DNA of 64,000 nt, from NCBI RefSeq assembly GCF_963506605.1, contig NC_083276.1, forward strand, positions 65,472,001 through 65,536,000. The letters are read 5' to 3'. Positions 39,342-52,103 of this stretch are shown piece by piece. The DNA is from Zootoca vivipara. Lineage: Eukaryota. The position numbers and the translations under genes are program-made. The stretch's first letter is position 1. Every line of letters begins with the position of its first letter. The notes under the pieces were generated by a model. It was not told the DNA's origin. It worked only from the letters and a program-made list of their open reading frames with translations, and did not search any database.

Positions 39342-39752
39342 ATGGAACACAATCTGCCTTGTATGCAAAGGGTCCCAGGTTCAATTCCCAGCATCTCCAA
39401 ATAGGGCTAGGAGAGACTTCTCCCTGGATAGCTGCTGCCAGTCAGTGTAGACCAAGGGATCCCAAACTAAGGCCCGGGGGCCAGATGCGGCCCAATCGCC
39501 TTCAAAATCCAGCCCGCGGAAGGTCCAGGAATCAGCATGTTTTTACATGAGTAGAATGTGTTCTTTTATTTAAAAATGCATCTCTGGGTTATTTGTGGGG
39601 AATTCGTTCAGATTTTTCCCCAAAAAATATAGTCTGGCCCCCCACAAGGTCTGAGGGACAGTGGACCCCTGCTGAAAAAGTTTGCTGATTCCTGGTGTAG
39701 ACAGTACTGAGCTAGCTGGACCAATGATATGAGGCAGCTTCCTACATTCCTA
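39342..39752 (+). mobile_element. Squam3-type SINE interrupted by a hAT
   Basis: ggtcccaggttcaattcccagcatctcc...gctgctgccagtcagtgtagac [insert] agtactgagctag...ggcagcttcctacattc. Confidence 0.8.
39453..39694. mobile_element. Non-autonomous hAT resembling OposCharlie1/OC1-type elements
   Basis: Perfect TSD GTGTAGAC; caaactaaggccc..ggccagatgcggccc and ggtctgagggacagtg..aaaaagtttg subterminal motifs. Confidence 0.75.
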
Positions 39753-40407
39753 TGTGAATGTGACGAAGCTGATCGTGGTGCACAGATGCATTATATGCCA
39801 TCATAAATTTGTTACTTGCCACAAGACCCTTTGCTGCTTTCATCATAAGTAGCTTCTCAGAGCAGCCAAGAGAAAAGACTGGCTTTCTTTGGTCCTTTTC
39901 CATGGCTTCCTGACTACTTTTCACATTCATCTCACAATAGTCAGGACCTGCTGAGGCCTTAATGAATTATCTAGGAAATTTTCTAGGTGGTTTCCTTTAA
40001 CTGCTGCATAATGGTAGTTGATATCAAATGTGTTCGTTACAAGGAAGTTTTGAAATGTATTAGAGATTTAAAGTAACGAATGTAGCCTGCTGTCAGTAAT
40101 TCCAGGAATAGGAAAATTGACTCCTTTTTTAAGCTTTATGCATTGTGGCTTAATGCTGGAAATAGGTTTACTGTTGTTTTTAGGGCTTTCTTGTGAGAGA
40201 TTGTTCGATATAATTATTTCTGGAGTTGTCTTTTTACAATATGTAATTTTGTATCCTTGTATCCTTTCAGTATGTATTTTGTATTGTTTTCTACAGAATC
40301 AAATCCCACATTCAGCTGTATGTTTCTCCTTGTTTGACATTCCACTCAGCCCCTTCATTGGGAAATGCACCTGAAGCTTGCTGTGGTGCACTCAGTTTCT
40401 AAATATT

Positions 40408-41050
40408 TGTCAATCCAGAACTAAACATCATGTGGTCAAGACATTATTTCCAAGCCATGATTGTCAGGATTTTTTGAGAGGTGGGCAGCATTAGGAAGAA
40501 GTGAAGATCCTGAAGACCAAACCAAGTTGAGTCCCTGGATTCCTTCAACGGAATACCCTTCACATAGGGATGGCGAGACCATTCTCCCATCCCTATCACC
40601 TGAACCAGAGCCTATCCACAATCTTACAAGTTGTGACGATTTGCTATGCAGCAAGTGAAACCCAAATGGCAACAGCCAATCAGCCAAGTGGGAAAAATTC
40701 CTGCCATGCCCCTGTCCCAACAACGGATAACACACGACGGCATAGCAAGGTCAATCACAAAATGCCCTAAAAGTTGGGAGAGGTGGGCAGGTGTTCCAAT
40801 GCACGAGCCAAAAGAGGAAGCTCTGGGTCATGTGCATGGGTATATATAGGTCCCTCGATCCATTTAGACTGCACCCCATTGGCCAGATTAAACCCAGCAA
40901 TGAGGGACCTACCAATCGGGTGTTGTGGCTATCCAAAAGACCCACCCACAACCAGGAGGTCAGTCTCCAGGTCTCACCACAATACGTGCCCTCTTTTAGG
41001 GAGGACATGCTTTGCATAGCATGCAATGTCTGGATCATGATACCCCCTGC
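40408..41050. mobile_element. Old LTR-like repeat (approximate bounds)
   Basis: TGTCA start, internal TATATA and a composition shift; weak recognition only. Confidence 0.3.
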
Positions 41051-41892
41051 TTACTTCTTTTCTCTGCATTTCAAATATTCATAGGCTGACTTTATGAGTA
41101 CAATTCACTCATGCAAAGTGTTCTATCTAAATGCTTCTTTGTGGTAGCAGAGAGGCATCTAGAGTTTGGAAATGTGATTTGCCCAGCCAACAAATAATAC
41201 TAGCCTCAGCTATGATCAATTTAGAGCAGTCCATGGGTTCGTTTTTGAAGTTGTTTGGCAGTGGTTGTCTTGAATATTTTGTAAACTGCCAGTTACAGGA
41301 ACTGGAAGCAGCTCTGCACCCCAGTTGTTCCTTAGGGAGCAGTCCCAAGTCCCAGACAGGGAACAATGAGGCTGAAAATAAGTGGCACATCTGAAACCCT
41401 GCCACTCACACTGTCCAGGGGAGAGGATTTCTTTTTTAAAAAAATGTTTAAAGGGCCAGTCCTGCCCCTCCCCATTCCACCTCATTTTGGGGCCTTATAC
41501 TTGTCATTGAAATTCTACTCAATATTCACCCAGAGCAGATTCCAATGTATAGTTAGCAGAGTAAAAACTTAAACACGTTGCAGGATTCCCAAAAATAGAC
41601 CAGAGGCAATTAATATTTCATCCCACAGAGCTTTACTGCTACTGAAGGCAAATGAGCAGAACGGTCACAAATCCAATACATTCAGGATTGGCACTGTCCA
41701 TAAGAAATCCAGTTGCAGCAGACTTAACTTAAACTTACAATAACTTATAACTCTAAACCTTAACACTAAGCATACTATGTACAGAACACCACACCAGAAG
41801 GAAAAGAGAGACAGAAAGAGAAAGTGAAACCCAGGCTCCTTCTGGCCCTACTTTTATAGTCAGCATGACCTTGACTGAAGAGGTAACAGAAC

Positions 41893-42420
41893 CAGTGGCA
41901 TAGCAAGGGGGCGTAGGGGGCAGTTCGCACCAGGTGCCACCCTGGAGAGGGGGTGACACTCAGCGCGCCCCCTGCGAGCGAGCAGCCAGCCACCGCCCAG
42001 TAAAAAGCCTCGCTTGGAGGCTGGCTGCTCACTCACTTGTTTGGCCGGTGCACTTTGCTTCTTCCTGCTGGGGCGGAAGCAAGGGGTGGGCCAAAGAGAC
42101 ATGCGATATGCAAAGAGATATGGCGGCCACTGACACCCCTCCCTGGCCCGCCCCTTGCCTCCACCCCAGCAGGAAGAAGCAAAGCATGCCAGCCGAGCAA
42201 ATGAGAGAGCAGCCAGCCGCCAAGCAAGGCTTTTTTTAAAAAAAAAACTTAGCTCCGCGGCTTGCTCACAGTTTGCTCCAGTGATCCTCTGTGATCCCAG
42301 CGCTGGAGCGCTGCCGTCGGCAACCCACTCCATACAGCGCATGCACCATAGCGGCACGACGCATGCGCCATATGGAGCGGGTTGCCGCTCCGGGTGCCCC
42401 AAGAACTAGCTACGCCGCTG
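41893..42420. mobile_element. GC-rich non-autonomous hAT with internal inverted repeats
   Basis: CAGTGGCATAGC...GCTACGCCGCTG TIRs; perfect TSD AACAGAAC at 41885-41892 and 42421-42428. Confidence 0.92.
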
Positions 42421-42611
42421 AACAGAACCGGATTAAGCCAGCTGTACTCAGCTTCTCTGAAAGAATAACCCAAACATCATGAACCATCTGCTTGTTTCTT
42501 TCACACAGAGAATCTTCCAGAACCCTCTTGAATTAATTAGAATAGGAAAGCTCTCTACACATCAGATCAATACTTTCACTAAGAAATGCAAACTGACAAT
42601 ACTATCTACCA

Positions 42612-42928
42612 CTAACAATAATAATTTATACCCCACCCATCTGGCTGGGCTTTGGCAGCCACTCTGGGCAGCTTCCAACAAAATATTAAAATACAGTAAT
42701 CCATCAAACATTAAAAGCTTCCCTAAACAGGGCTGACTTCAGATGTCTTCTAAAAGTCTGGTAGTTGTTATTCTCTTTGACATCTGGTGGGAGGGTGTTC
42801 CACAGGGTGGGTGCCACCACCGAGAAGGCCCTCTGCCTGGTTCCCTGTAACTTGGCTTCTTGCAGTGAGGGAAACGCCAGAATGCCCTCGACACTGGACC
42901 TCAGTGTCCAGGCAGAACGATGGGGGTG
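42612..42928 (-). mobile_element. L2-type LINE 3' end
   Basis: RAFSVVAPTLWNTLP...FRRHLKSALFREAF, (TTA)n tail. Confidence 0.85.
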
Positions 42929-42929
42929 G

Positions 42930-43055
42930 AGGCATCCCCAAACTCGGCCCTCCAGATGTTTTGGGACTACAACTCCCATCATCCCTAGCTAATAGGACCA
43001 GTGGTCAGGGATGATGGGAATTGTAGTCCCAAAACATCCGAGTTTGGGGATGCCT
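42930..43055. mobile_element. Palindromic hAT MITE
   Basis: AGGCATCCCCAAACTCGG / CCGAGTTTGGGGATGCCTG termini; same core as 36012-36147. Confidence 0.85.
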
Positions 43056-44055
43056 GTACTTTATGATCCCTTAGAGTGGATGGAAACATGAGGGTAGATT
43101 TTGGAGGCATGAAAATAGAAAGAACGGGCGGACAAAGGTGCACAAATGAGTACACAGAAATTGTGACCCACATACACCTTGACACCCTAGTGTGGACACA
43201 GCTTCTGTGTCTCTTCCAGTCCCTTTCTGAATTTCATCATCAGCTTGGTGACATCATCCCACACAGGGAGAGGGAAACTCTGGGAAGAAAGGCATGCTGT
43301 CTTCCAGAAGGCCATGCAAAGGTGTTTGGGCCCATCAGCACCAATCTTCTCAACAAAAGAAAATCTGCCAGGCTACACTTGTCCAATAGTCTTGACCCAC
43401 TCTAGCCATCTCTTTTTACAACCAAAGTAACCTCCATGGGGATTACAAAAAATATTATCTAGATTTCCAGTGAAATGATAAAAAACAATACCAGTGTCAT
43501 TTAAATGGCTAGATATACAAACCAGGAAAATATTGTGCTATTATCTGGAGGAAGATGAGCAGATGCTTATGAGTTGATTTGCATGAATATCAAGGAGCTT
43601 TGCATAATGGTTCTGTTCTTCCACTGGCATAATCGCTTTCAAGTTAGTGAATTCTCTCAAATTCATATTGGCTGAACATCTGATATCACTGGCTTAGCAT
43701 ATCTACTTTCCCCTCTACCTTCCTAATCAATTCATGTTATCATACACCTGCCTTTCTTAGACAAGAATAAATATTCCTTCGTAGCCATGGCTAAACAATC
43801 CAAAATGAGAAATGTAAGAGATCCATGCTGAACAGCTAGGAAAAGTCTCTGAAAAATTTACCCTCTCTCTTCAAAACCATCTCCATGGTATTAGGGTTTG
43901 TTTCTTCTCCCTACATCTTTTGTTTATTCATCTTTCTGATAAAATGCAGCTGAAGGCAAAACATTGCAAACAGAAAAAAATGTGAATGAGCAAATTCTTG
44001 TAACAATTTTTTTTATTAGATCACTATTAGATCTTAGGAACTGAAAGAGTAACTA

Positions 44056-44376
44056 CAGTGGTACCTCGGTTTATGAACACAATTGGTTCCGGAAGTCTGT
44101 TCATAAACTGAAGCGAGCTTTCCCATTGAAAGTAATGGAAAGTGGATTAATCCGTTCCAGGCGGGTCCGCGGAGTACTTAAACTGAAGCGTTCATAAACT
44201 GAAGCATGGGTGTAATTGGTTCCGGAAGTCTGTTCATAAACTGAAGTGTTCATAAACTGAAGCAAACTTTCCCATTGAAAGTAATGGAAAATGAATTAAT
44301 CCGTTCCAGATGGGTCCGCGCCGTTCATAAACTGAAAATTCATAAACCGAGGTGTTCATAAACCGAGGTTCCACTG
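44056..44376. mobile_element. Tc1/mariner (Tigger-like) MITE
   Basis: TA|CAGTGGTACCTCGGTTTATGAAC...GTTCATAAACCGAGGTTCCACTG|TA; internal tandem duplication. Confidence 0.92.
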
Positions 44377-46139
44377 TACTGATGTTTGAGGCATTTAGAA
44401 AATGCTTCAGGATATACCAATGCATTTATTTTCTCTCTTTTTTGAAAATGATTTTTATTTGATTTTACAAGCGTGGAGTTATAACAATGCCAAGTAAATA
44501 TCCACATTTAGAGATTTCTCCGAATCTCCATACTTCCCACCATCCCCTCCATGGGTCTTATTGTCAACATTTTCAACTGCATATTATTTCATATTCCATA
44601 TTTGTATCTGTCCATATTGTCCATAGTGATTGTTACATTACAAGTGTTATTAAAATCTTGCCATTGTTTTCATCTGATTGCAGTGGTCAGATACACCAAT
44701 GCATTTCTACACTGCATAATGTCCAAAGTCCGTTTTGGGGGCCTAATCCAGCCTGCCGGTCAGTTTAATCCAGCCCCTGTGGCAGTTTATTTCCTGGGGT
44801 AAAATCCCAAAAAACCTCAACAACTTCACTTCACCAAATCTGGCCCTCTTTGAAAAAATTCTGGACACCCCTATGCAAGGGGGTAGAAAGTTTGCTCACA
44901 TACACAACCCTTAAGGTTCTTTCAGACCTTTCAAAAGCAAGTATTGAATTATCTATTATTTAATAACAGAAATTATGGAGAAACCTGGAGAAAAGACTGA
45001 AAGGTAGTATGGTAGCCATTGTCAAACACCTGAAAAGCTGCATAAGAATCCTTCCATGAAGTTCCTTCAGATGTGACCACTGCTTCTGAGGAAGAAGCCA
45101 GATGGCCTGTCAAGCGTAGAGTTCAGTTTACTTACAGTACAATCCTAGGAAAATCTGTTCAGAAGACAAGCCTACTGATTACAATGGCACCTACTCCCAG
45201 GTAAGTTTATATAGGATAGCAACCTTACATCACAATTTTATATATGTCAGTTCAGAACTCTCACTGACTTCGGTGCAGATTGCTTCCAGGTAGGTGTGTA
45301 TAGGATTGCAGTCAAAAGCTCTATTGATCTTAATGGGACTTGAGTGTACGTAACTCAGTACTAGATCGTACTCAAGTGCTACAGAACACAAAAACCATAC
45401 CATTTTCATCACTGACAAAAGCAGATAATATTTAGGGCTTTGCCTCGCATTTTCTTTGCTTTCTTGGTAGACTTAAAGACAGTTTTGACAAGGGAAAACT
45501 GCAACCTGACAAAGAAAAGAACCTGTTACGCTGGCAATCTGTCAAAATTCTCTTTCACAAATAGTGAAAATTCTCTCTGGAACAAGTACGAATTTGCCCA
45601 CTACAAGTCAATGCTTTGTTCACAGTTGGAACTTTGTTTTCCTGCTGAAATGGTGTCACTGGTCAAATTTCCTTGAAAAGTCGAGAGAAAGCACCTTTAA
45701 AACCAAAGTAGCTGTGCCCTCTCCCAGTTGCCTGGACCAAATACATCTTTTGTCACAGCCTTGGACTTGAGAACCTTTTACAATGGAAAAAAAGAAGAAT
45801 CCCTCGTGGGAACCATGGTTGCTTGACATGAATTCACTTGTGAAATCTTTTTTCCTACTCTCCTTGACCATGTTGGTGGGGCTGACCTAGTTGTAAACCA
45901 CATCTGGAGGGAACCACAGAGGCCATCTCAGATTTAGTGTGTAAGATCCTTGGATCTTATACCAAGCAGCAGACTTGGTGTAGGGGCCTGGGTTCAGCAC
46001 ATCCATAGCTGACACTGCTGGTCCTCTTGGTGCATCTAGGTCTGTCTCCTCTGTGTCAGTGATGGGGCTGACCCAAATAGGACCAGAACCTCTGTAAAAG
46101 AGTTCCACCCACTCCCAACTTATACATCTGCTTTAGAAT

Positions 46140-47060
46140 AATTTCATGGTCAATTGTATCAAAAGCTACTGAGAGATCAAGGAAAATCAACAAGGTCACA
46201 CTACACACACATCTCTCCACCTAGGCAATAAAGAGGCATTATCACAGTTGAAGGACACATTCCAGCTATCCTGAACCCCTGGCCTACCTGACAGCAAGTC
46301 CAAAGTCCAACAGTCAGGATACAGTCCAGAGTCAAACTCAAAGCACAGTCCAGAAGAGCTCCTTGGAACAGCTAAGCTGTGGACCAACCAACCTAAGTAG
46401 TTGAACAGACACAGCACCTCAGCTCTGCTTGCCTTTTATATTATGCATGCTAATTGCAGCATGTGGGTTTGATGAGGCGTGTGACCCTCACATGCTCCCA
46501 GCCTACTCCAGCTGAGGAATCACACACCTACTCCCAGAGCTAGCGAGCCCCACCTGGCCAGCTACTGAACTGGGCTGTGGGCCCTTGCCTGCTTCAGCCT
46601 CCTAGAGTGCCCCACCCACTGCTCCCTATACTGGCTGTCTTCATGGATACAGGGTCCCCTCTGGCTCTGGTGATGGGTCCTGCTGCTCTGGTTCCTATGC
46701 ATTGACACCCCCCAATCCCCTCGTGATGACCTCCATCACCCTGTGAGTACTTCCTATACCAACCTCTCCTTCCCCATCCCCAGCTTGCCCTGGTGTGTCT
46801 CAGTCCTGGATACACCCCTCACCAGGATCCTCTCCTCCTCCCTGCATGACCATGAGCAGCAACAAAGAGTCACAAACAGAGGAGGAGGCAACTGGGTGCT
46901 GAAACCAGGCACAAAATAAGCAGGCCAGGAATCTCTTCATCTGGAGACTCATGAACTGGGAACAACATCCCCTGAACCAAAACTTCCCAAGCGACTGTCC
47001 CGCTTGATACAAGGTGATAGCCAACTAAGAGATGACACAGCACTAGGCTCCTGGTCAAAG
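46140..47060 (-). mobile_element. Old L2 RT fragment split by an LTR-like insertion (about 46270-46855)
   Basis: The - strand reads SVTLLIFLDLSVAFDTIDH at about 46145-46202, with a PGFST-like motif near 46900. Confidence 0.65.
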
Positions 47061-48318
47061 GTTCTCTACAATTCAGAAAGAAGGTGGAAACTTGATGGTG
47101 TAAACTAGCTCAAGAGGGACAAAGCGCTTCCATTGAACTCCAGACCACAGTGAAGCAAATTGTCTGTCTTGAGCTGTCCAAGGTTCTGCAGTGTCAGCTT
47201 GACCTAACCTGGGACTGACTTTTGACTCTTGGGTTGCCACTTGTAGCCATGAAATCTTTTCTCTCTGCCCCTCCTTCCACCCACTCTCAAGACTTGCAAC
47301 TCTTGTTGCTCTGCATCTTTAGTGTCTTCAGCGTTAAATTTTGCAATATGCTTCAACTTTCTAGATGCCTACTTCTGGAAACCATTTAGTGTCCAAAGAA
47401 TTTATTTCATAACCATAAAATTCAGATATGTACTTCCACTAAGCAGGCATGCTCCTCTTACGCCTGTTGTTCAGTTGGCAGCCATGTCTTGATCAGGGGG
47501 CTTTGCTGAAAGGTATCCTCAGAGTGTTGTCTGAAAGTGAGGAAGGACAGCGGGTGGAGGAGAGGGAAACAACAGCTCCTAAAACCAACAGGGCTGCTGT
47601 TTCTGAAAGTCTAATTAAAAATGAATGTTGATTATGTCTTGCGATAAAAGGGAAGGGTCAGGAAGCAAACACTGAGGTGATGGATAATTAATGGCCAGGG
47701 AAAGATGCTGGAAAGCAAGGAAGGAAATTAGTATGATAGATGCATTTGCTTTGAGAGGGTGTGAACAACAGGCAATTATCCATTTGCCATGTGCATAGCC
47801 ACAAGTAACTGCGAGGCACAAAACACCCAGGGTGGAAACTCAAGCCTCACTAAACTATTTTCACATGGGAAGAAGGAATAATAGAAAGGAGAAATATACC
47901 AGTGGTGCCATCTCTAACATGCTGTACATGTAATTAACACATACTGTGCATGGAAAATATATAAGGAGTACAACAGGCTCACTGCAGTGTTCTTGTTCAG
48001 ACATTGCTTGATCAGAACAATGCCTTGGTTCTATATGAAGTTGTTTTTAGGATAATATTTTTTTTAAGTTGCCTTTTCCTCTTTCTGAGCTAAGGTTCAA
48101 TTCAGACTTTGCAGTAGTCTGCTCTCTTTTTTTCTCACAATCATCCAAAATCTTCATTCAGGTGACTAAGGTTATAAGACTCTGTCAATCTTGGTTTCTC
48201 TCAGTTTTCTAGTTTCCAAACTTAAATTTGGTCCAACCAATTTCTGCCTACATTTGCAGTTTTCTTTTTCAAAGTTTGCATGAAAATTTGTATGCATTTT
48301 CATTGACATCTCTCCTAA

Positions 48319-48803
48319 TCTATATATAAATGTAAACTGGGCATGTGAGTGTGTTTCCACTTTTCACCAAAACTGCTTGACTGATTGAGGTGAAATTTTG
48401 ACACAACATCACATGCGAATGTCTGAAGGCTATAGGAAAGTTTGCTAAGACAGATGTCACACTGCCAGGTAAAAAACTGGGAAAATAACCAGGTTGCAAA
48501 CCAGCGCCCTCTAGCGGCGGCTACACTGGTACTGCACCTATAAAACCTTCCCTCTCAACAGCACCTCAGCTCCCGTTTACATACTAGGCCAAAGCCTTTA
48601 CAGACTAGGCCGAATGGAGGTACTGACTCGCCTGGGTGGGGGGTGGGGGGAGGAGGGGATGGGATAGGTCAGGACATGGTGGGACCAGTCACAGGGATGA
48701 GCCAGGGGGTGGGGGGCAGAGAGGGCATGATACATCATGGGTCGGGACAGGGTAGGGGGAATCACAGGGGTTAGCCACAGAAATGCGTGGCAGGGCCAGC
48801 TAG
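48319..48803 (+). mobile_element. Non-autonomous Helitron
   Basis: A|TCTATATATAAA 5' end; 3' GCCAC..GTGGC hairpin then CTAG|T; no TSD; removing it restores the host repeat (ctcctaa|taaacacat). Confidence 0.85.
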
Positions 48804-49992
48804 TAAACACATATTTCTATACCATTTTGCCTAGTATATGAATTTTTGCAGTAAAGTTTTTTTCTAATGGTATATTATTTTGGTACGTTATTTCCACTAA
48901 TTTGGTTAGTTCACATTAAAATGTGAGCCTTATTAAAAACAACCTGTTAACATAGCAAATGTCTCTCCCTGTCTCTAGTATGTGCCCTCAAAGGCTATGC
49001 ATTTGACTTTGCAAATACATATTACGGATGTTTATTTTACTAGAGGCCTGACTGAATCTGAAGCTACTTACTGCGAACCCCAGATAACAAAACTTTTCAG
49101 TGGCTGCTGAAGGAGTGTTTGAAAGCAAGCAGATGTTTTATAAATCTGTTTCTACACTGTACTCTTAAGGGTAACATCAATCAAAGCAATGGCAGGTTGA
49201 GAAAGAAGCTTTTTGTCTTTGCCTGCCTTGGGAAATATCCCTTACAATTCAGTAACAACCTGAAAACTTAAAGCTTTAGATATCGTGCAAGAAGCCCAGT
49301 CTCTGTTTTAACTATTAAGCAGAATCTATGGAGATTTCATAAATTTCATAAATTATAGATTGTACCTACGACTCTCTTAGGGGTAGGGAATGCAAAGAGA
49401 TTTCCTCAGTTTTTAATGCAAACCTACTTAACTTGCACTTCCTGAAGGAATATAGGAGCCAAAACATGGCTTCCCTTCAGAATTCACACTTCTCCATATT
49501 TTGCAATGCAGTTCTCCAGCCAAAAATGCATGTGTGTGTGTGTGTGTGTGTGTGTGGAGAGAGAGGGGAGGGGAGGGAGAGAGGGAGAGGGAGAGAGTGG
49601 GGGGAGGGGAGAGGGAGAGAAATAACCTGAGACTGAACCACCTTGTTGGACATGTTGGCCCCTCAATGGTGTTGTGGAATACTTAATATGGAATTATGTA
49701 ACACTGCATATGATAGAAGGGTGGTCTAGAAATATGGAAAATTAATTAAACATAACAAAATACATGCCCATCACATTTTATTTTGATGGGGGGTGGGGAA
49801 TGAAGGATGCACTTAACTTTCCCTTGAAATAACATAGCAAAGTGCTTCACAATGGCTGAACCATGCCCAGAAGCAATAGCAAGGCACGTACAAACCAACC
49901 CAACCCTGGAAATTGTATTCCAGAACATTGGACAAAGGAACTGAGGGGATGCTCATCAAATTTGCAGATGACACCTAATTAGTCATTCACCA

Positions 49993-50130
49993 NNNNNNNN
50001 NNNNNNNNNNNNNNNNNNNNNNNNNNNNNNNNNNNNNNNNNNNNNNNNNNNNNNNNNNNNNNNNNNNNNNNNNNNNNNNNNNNNNNNNNNNNNNNNNNNN
50101 NNNNNNNNNNNNNNNNNNNNNNNNNNNNNN
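49993..50130. other. Assembly gap (138 N)
   Basis: N run; preceded by a short CR1 RT fragment (KFADDT) at about 49945-49977. Confidence 1.
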
Positions 50131-51228
50131 ACAAACATGCGGACTGAGTACATAAAGAGAAGGAGCCTCTCAAGAGGATTTTAAGTGTGCAACGATCTGG
50201 TCAGCAGGAAGCTAATGACTTGCCTGATGGTCACATTGTTAACTCAGCTGTTATTTTTTTACATCTGGAAACTAGGACAATGCCACCTAGCTCTGCTCTG
50301 CTTTCCTGTACGTATATGTTTTCTAAAAGTCCTTACTCCAAAGGTTTGCTGTTACAGACTTGTTCCTGTCCTTGGAACAAGGCATTCTGGATAGCCCTGG
50401 GCACAAATGGTGATAGGCAGCTCCACTTCATTCTCTGCTTGTGGTCAAAACAACCATCTGGCTCCTTTGGAGTGATTGTTGGTTATGGTGCCACCAGAGA
50501 AAGGGAGGGTACTAAATTATACCGCCAGAAGTGACAACACAGTCCAAGGGCAGGAGTTTAATTTAAGGAGAGTTTTAATTGGTACCGGAAGTTTGATCTG
50601 GGAGTTTCTTCTACAACCTGGAAGTATCCTCTCCACCCGTTCTGTTGTAACAAGTGCTTTCTCAAAATTTATCTTATGTACCATGAAAATAAATAAAAAC
50701 ATTATTTAAAAAAATGTGACAGCAAGTGTACCTAGCTGTTTACTCCCCATTTATTTGTGTGAACTACCGGTATGTGTTAAGATATCAGCTCCCCTCCCAT
50801 CTCCTCCACACTTTATATGCCTAAGCTTGCAGCATCTTGGAATTTGAAATCTGCTCCACTGCTTTGGTCCTGCCAGGAGCATACCATGTATGAGTGAGAA
50901 AAGTTACATGCTTTAATTCTACACACCTCTTAAAGAGATGGGTGGGGAGCAATGGCTGTGACACACACCGTGCATTCAAAGCACATTTAAAGCACGCCCC
51001 ACCCAAAGAATCCTGGGAACGGTAGTTTAGCTCCCTCACAGAGCTACAATTCCCAGCACCCTCAGCAAAATACAGGTCTCAGGATGTGGGGTGTGTGTGT
51101 AATTGTGGTTTTAATGTATGGTGTGTACGTCCCTTTTCTCCTTTGCATGTACTAACTCTTGTGAGATTGTTTTCAAGGCGCCTGTAAAATCTCACTGGAC
51201 GTGTGGTATTAGTAATATAAGCACAAGG

Positions 51229-51245
51229 GCCAGTAGGTGGCAGTG
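51229..51245 (+). promoter_or_regulatory. CTCF-like motif
   Basis: GCCAGTAGGTGGCAGTG matches the core consensus; lies outside recognisable repeats. Confidence 0.45.
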
Positions 51246-51412
51246 TGCAAAGAGGTCAGAGGCTGCAGGTAGGAAAAGACTGTTCCTTGAGTGTGTTAAA
51301 TTTAAAGAAGACCTGTTGGCATTTGAGAATGGAAAAGAAAGGTCATGTGTTCCTCAGAATCCCTTTCCATAACATATTTAATTTAAATCAGTCAATTGTT
51401 TCCATGTAAACA

Positions 51413-52103
51413 ATGGAAAGAAGCAAAAATCCCAGTAAAGGTAGGTGAAGGTAAAGGGACCCCTGACCATTAGGTCCAGTCGTGACCGACTCTGGGGCTG
51501 CGGTGCTCATCTCACTCCATTGGCTGAGGGAGCTGGCATACAGCTTCCAGGTCATGTGGCCAGCATGACTAAGCCGCTTCTGGTGAAACCAGAGCAACAC
51601 ACAGAAACGTCGTTTACCTTCCCGGTGTAGTGGTACCTATTTATCTACTTGCACTTTGACGTGCTTTCAAACTGCTAGGTGGGCAGGAGCTGGGACTGAG
51701 CAACAGGAGCTCACCCATTGAATGGATCCCAACAGAAAGGTAGAATGGATCCCAAAACTTACAGAATATGCAGAAACAGTGAAACTTACAGGAAGAATAA
51801 GAAATCGAGTTAACAAACATTTTATAAAAGAATGGAAATGGTTTTTTGAATATTTACAGATAAATTGTAAACAGATAAAAAACATTAGCTGTATTATTGT
51901 AACAACCTGTAGTTTTAAAAGAGTTTATATTTACAGATAATTATATGAGCAAGTTAAATTAATTTGGATATGCAGAAGATATTAACAAATTTAAGGAAAC
52001 ACAGAAAGAGGGGGAAGAAAGTCAAATGCTGAGATGTTAAATTGATTGTAAAACTAATGAAAATGTATAAATTTGACAAGTATAAATAAAAAACTAGAAA
52101 AAA
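51413..52103 (+). mobile_element. 5'-truncated L1 containing a truncated Sauria SINE (51436-51720, - strand)
   Basis: 15-bp TSD GTTTCCATGTAAACA at 51398-51412 and 52104-52118; EWIPKLTEYAE..FIKEWKWFFEYL; AATAAA plus A-tail. Confidence 0.85.

Noticed and set aside
44083-44345. Spaced direct repeats (ttcataaactgaag) resembling an array
   Set aside because: Internal repeats of a Tc1/mariner MITE in a eukaryote; not CRISPR.
45523-45672. - strand exon-like segment
   Set aside because: Stops in all three frames and a weak donor; at most a UTR exon.
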